A DNA stretch of 20,000 bases from an uncultured virus (IMG/VR IMGVR_UViG_3300016476_001224). Taxonomy: Duplodnaviria; Heunggongvirae; Uroviricota; Caudoviricetes. Numbering within the stretch: the first letter of the stretch is position 1; every line of letters begins with the position of its first letter. The position numbers and the translations under genes were made by a program. Below are positions 17,276 to 20,000 of this stretch, in pieces. The stretch lies in IMG/VR virus record IMGVR_UViG_3300016476_001224. One strand, 5' to 3'. Under the pieces are notes generated by a model that was not told the origin of the DNA, searched no databases, and saw only the letters and a list, made by a program, of their open reading frames with translations.

Positions 17276-18973
17276 ATGTTAATAAGTGAAATAGGAATTA
17301 GAGGTTACAAATCTTTTGGAAACAATGAACAAGTATTAAAATTAAATACTGAAAAAGGAGAATTAGTTCTTCTTGTAGGAAACAATGGTAATGGTAAATC
17401 ATCATTACTTGAATCCTTTGAATACTCACTTTATGGAAAAGTAAAGTCAGGTAAAGCAAAAAAATGGCATAAATTATCTTCCTTGCCAAACAGAATCAAT
17501 GGTGAATTATTGAACAGAATTAAATTTGTTTCAAATGGAACAGATGTAGAAGTACAAAGAGGTATAGGTCCAAGTGTACTAAACTTAATTGAAAATGGAA
17601 TACCTAATGAAAGAGCAGGTAAAGCCAATATTGATGATAAAATTGAAAAGTATATTGGATTGGATATTGAAACATTCAAATCATTTATATCAATGTCTAT
17701 TAATGACTTTAAAAACTTTATATCATTAACTAATGAAGAAAAACAATTACTTTTAGATAAGTTATTTAACTTAGAAGTAATCAACATATTAAATGGTATT
17801 CTTAAAGATATTAATAAGAATAACAAAATAAGATTAACCTCCTTAGAAACTGAGATAAGAACTTTAGAGGAATCAATTGATTCAATTAAAAGATCCATTG
17901 AAAAAGCAATTGAAAAAGAGAAAGAAAATCTACAACAAGAAATTGATACTCTTACTGATGAAATGAACTCTAAAAAGGATGAGTATAAACTTCTTAAAGA
18001 GAAAGTTGATAAAATCAAAGAAAAAGAAACTATACTTTCTGATGAGTTAGATATTGAGAAAAGACAATTAAGTTCTACTCAAAATGATATTAGAAATGTA
18101 CAAAGAGAGATTGACCTTTATGATTCAGGTAAATGTCCAACTTGTTCTACAGATTTCTTATCTGAACATTTTGTTACTTTAAGAAATTCTTTAGTTGAGA
18201 AGAAAAAATCACATGAAGATATATTAGAAGAAATACAAAATAATATAAATTCTATAAGAGCAAAACAAACTAAATTAAAAGAGATTGCAGATGGAACTAC
18301 AAAATCATTTAATGACTTGAACTATTTGCTTAAAAACTATAAAACTCAAATTGATACACTGACTAGAAAGAAAGGTTCTCAAATAAATGAATCTGTAAAT
18401 ACTCAAGAGTTTCAAAATACTATTGATGATTTAGAAGAGAAAAAATCATTAAGTCATGATAGTGCAGGAGTTTGTAAAGAAAAAGAATTATTCTATAAAG
18501 AGCTTAATAGAGTTTTAAGTGAAGATGGTGCAAAGAAATCAATTATTGCTGGTATTATTAAACCTATTAACCACTTCATAGCTGAAAACATTAAGAAAAT
18601 GGGATTACCGTTTGAGGTTAAGTTAGATGAGACATTTAGTTCAGAGATTAAAAGTTTAGGAAATGTAGTTGAACATGATTCTTTAAGTACTGGTGAATCT
18701 AAAAAAGTAAATATTGCTATTTTGATTGCTTACTTAAAACTAATCAGAACTAAAAAACACATCAATATTTTGTTCTTGGATGAAGTATTTTCATCTATTG
18801 ACATAGAAGGTATAGATTCTATATTATTGCTTCTTAAATCATTTGCAAATGACTATAACATCAATATATTTGTTGTTCACCATGCAATTTTAAATCAAGA
18901 AATGTTTGATAGAATAATTAAAATAAACAAAGAAGTATTCTCTTATATTGAAGAAGTAGAATATGAACACTAA
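17276..18973 (+). CDS. sbcC: SbcC/Rad50/T4 gp46-like recombination nuclease ATPase subunit
   Basis: GYKSFG N-terminus, Walker A GNNGNGKSS, long coiled coils around the zinc hook CPTC, signature LSTGE, Walker B/D-loop LFLDEVFSSID, H-loop VVHH. Confidence 0.95.
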   Translation: MLISEIGIRGYKSFGNNEQVLKLNTEKGELVLLVGNNGNGKSSLLESFEYSLYGKVKSGKAKKWHKLSSLPNRINGELLNRIKFVSNGTDVEVQRGIGPSVLNLIENGIPNERAGKANIDDKIEKYIGLDIETFKSFISMSINDFKNFISLTNEEKQLLLDKLFNLEVINILNGILKDINKNNKIRLTSLETEIRTLEESIDSIKRSIEKAIEKEKENLQQEIDTLTDEMNSKKDEYKLLKEKVDKIKEKETILSDELDIEKRQLSSTQNDIRNVQREIDLYDSGKCPTCSTDFLSEHFVTLRNSLVEKKKSHEDILEEIQNNINSIRAKQTKLKEIADGTTKSFNDLNYLLKNYKTQIDTLTRKKGSQINESVNTQEFQNTIDDLEEKKSLSHDSAGVCKEKELFYKELNRVLSEDGAKKSIIAGIIKPINHFIAENIKKMGLPFEVKLDETFSSEIKSLGNVVEHDSLSTGESKKVNIAILIAYLKLIRTKKHINILFLDEVFSSIDIEGIDSILLLLKSFANDYNINIFVVHHAILNQEMFDRIIKINKEVFSYIEEVEYEH

Positions 18974-18987
18974 ACTTTTTTAAAATT

Positions 18988-19215
18988 ATGAATAATAGTA
19001 TAACATCAGGTCCAACAGGTATAAGTGGTGGACCTGGTTTAGTTGGAATAAAAGGAATAGTACCAGGTTATTATAACAATGCCATTGGTCTTACTGGACC
19101 AATAGGTAATAATGGACATGTAGGCATAGCAGGAGTTCCTGGTATACCAGATAAGATATGGAAAAGAATAATTAGAATAGAGAAAATGTTTAAAAAATGG
19201 GATTTAGAACTTTAG
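18988..19215 (+). CDS. 75-aa collagen-like mini-protein with basic amphipathic C-terminus
   Basis: Two G-X-Y runs (GPT GIS GGP GLV GIK GIV; GLT GPI GNN GHV GIA GVP GIP) followed by KIWKRIIRIEKMFKK. Confidence 0.65.
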   Translation: MNNSITSGPTGISGGPGLVGIKGIVPGYYNNAIGLTGPIGNNGHVGIAGVPGIPDKIWKRIIRIEKMFKKWDLEL

Positions 19216-19442
19216 ATATACCTTGGTATGATAGAACATTGAATAATTGTCCAGAATGTGGATCAGATAAAATATCACATTCTTTTTTTATTCCAATTAA
19301 ACCAACAAATGAACCACCAAGAAAACCAGAAGAAAAATGTAATAGTTGTGGTTTTGCATCAGAATATAAATTTGAATTACTAAATAAAATAAATAGAAGA
19401 AACAATAAAATAGATAAAATTTTAGACAAATATGGGATTTAA
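19197..19442 (+). CDS. Zinc-ribbon mini-protein ending in RNNKIDKIL
   Basis: CPECGS...CNSCGF; C-terminal RxxKIxxIL motif at 19398-19424. Confidence 0.7.
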   Translation: MGFRTLDIPWYDRTLNNCPECGSDKISHSFFIPIKPTNEPPRKPEEKCNSCGFASEYKFELLNKINRRNNKIDKILDKYGI

Positions 19443-19638
19443 CAAACGTTATTTAAACAAAGAAAACATTATGAATGTTTATAGTCAAGGACTACCAAAA
19501 CTAATTCAATTTATTGAGAATACAGATTGTTTAATATTTGAAGATGAATTTTCAGAAGAAGTTTCTGATATTGTATTAAACTATGATTTTCCAATACTTG
19601 AAGAAAAAATAAATGAATTAATAGATGAATCTAAATAA
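19432..19638 (+). CDS. Hypothetical protein (68 aa)
   Basis: Overlaps both neighbours by a few codons, as in an operon; basic N-terminus and acidic C-terminus. Confidence 0.65.
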   Translation: MGFNKRYLNKENIMNVYSQGLPKLIQFIENTDCLIFEDEFSEEVSDIVLNYDFPILEEKINELIDESK

Positions 19639-20000
19639 AAACTATTATGCTTTACTTGGAGTTATAAATACTTCTACTGAAAATGAAATTAAGAAAGCTT
19701 ACTACAAACTTTCTTTTACACACCATCCTGATAAGGGTGGGGATCCAATAGTATTTGGTGATTTAACAGAAGCATATGATATTCTTTGTGGAGAGCAAAG
19801 AGAATCCTATGATATGAAAAGTAGATTTGGAAATAACTACAATGAGTATTATGAGTTATTAGAAACAGATTTTAATTTTAGTTTTGATGATACTAAAGAT
19901 AAATTAGAGAAATTCAAAAAGAATGATGTATTTAATATTTACATTAAGGTAGATGATACTTTTGATGGAAAGATTGAATATGAAAGATGGGTAATGTGTA
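19625..20000 (+). CDS. dnaJ: DnaJ/J-domain co-chaperone, 3'-truncated (not in the ORF track)
   Basis: Translates MNLNKNYYALLGV...EIKKAYYKLSFTHHPDKGGDP..F..LTEAYDIL...RESYD with an intact HPD motif; open to the window end at ...EYERWVMC, where a DnaJ zinc finger would begin. Confidence 0.92.
   Translation, partial: MNLNKNYYALLGVINTSTENEIKKAYYKLSFTHHPDKGGDPIVFGDLTEAYDILCGEQRESYDMKSRFGNNYNEYYELLETDFNFSFDDTKDKLEKFKKNDVFNIYIKVDDTFDGKIEYERWVMC

Noticed and set aside
17680..17720. SbcC Q-loop region lacking an obvious Gln (SFISMSINDF)
   Set aside because: This segment is variable in phage gp46-like proteins and all other ATPase motifs are intact, so it is not evidence of inactivation.
11584..19429. 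Minus-strand ORFs 11584-11853, 12777-12983, 13133-13345, 15142-15390, 17298-17489, 17431-18018 and 19190-19429
   Set aside because: Antisense shadows of better-supported + strand genes, with L/F/S/I-rich composition typical of reverse-complemented A-rich coding DNA.
19190..19445. Two consecutive ORFs both starting MGF (atgggattta)
   Set aside because: Only about 10 nt of identity with no further similarity; cannot be distinguished from chance.
1..20000. Stop-codon reassignment (TAG or TGA) as in some large phages
   Set aside because: Multi-kilobase genes read through under the standard code at high coding density, and the few TAG stops fall at sensible gene boundaries.

Overview
Very AT-rich, densely coded, almost entirely + strand segment of what is most likely a large (jumbo) myovirus-like bacteriophage with distant T4-like features. 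The genetic code is standard. Start codons lack Shine-Dalgarno motifs and one signal peptide is followed by Gln, which points to a Bacteroidota host (inference). The left two-thirds is a virion-structure block: a >1880-aa mosaic protein with a C-terminal WxxGx pentapeptide repeat, an 888-aa protein, an Ig-like protein, and a collagen/beta-helix fibre with a 96-N assembly gap. One inverted HNH endonuclease gene interrupts this block. The right third holds small ORFs, a T5orf172/GIY-YIG nuclease, an SbcC/Rad50/gp46 ATPase and a truncated DnaJ. Main observations: (1) three small proteins resemble fragments of virion proteins (major-capsid N-terminus/Gol region, tail-sheath N-terminus, collagen fibre), each joined to a shared R-x-x-K-I-x-x-I-L-like motif, a candidate decoy/mimic system; (2) a set of proteins with T4 internal-protein-like N-terminal capsid-targeting sequences; (3) a TAATATATA putative late promoter, exactly 4 nt before ATG in three genes, with it or a TATAAATA variant in the loop of perfect hairpins before two others. 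All homology calls are from motif recognition only; no searches were run.
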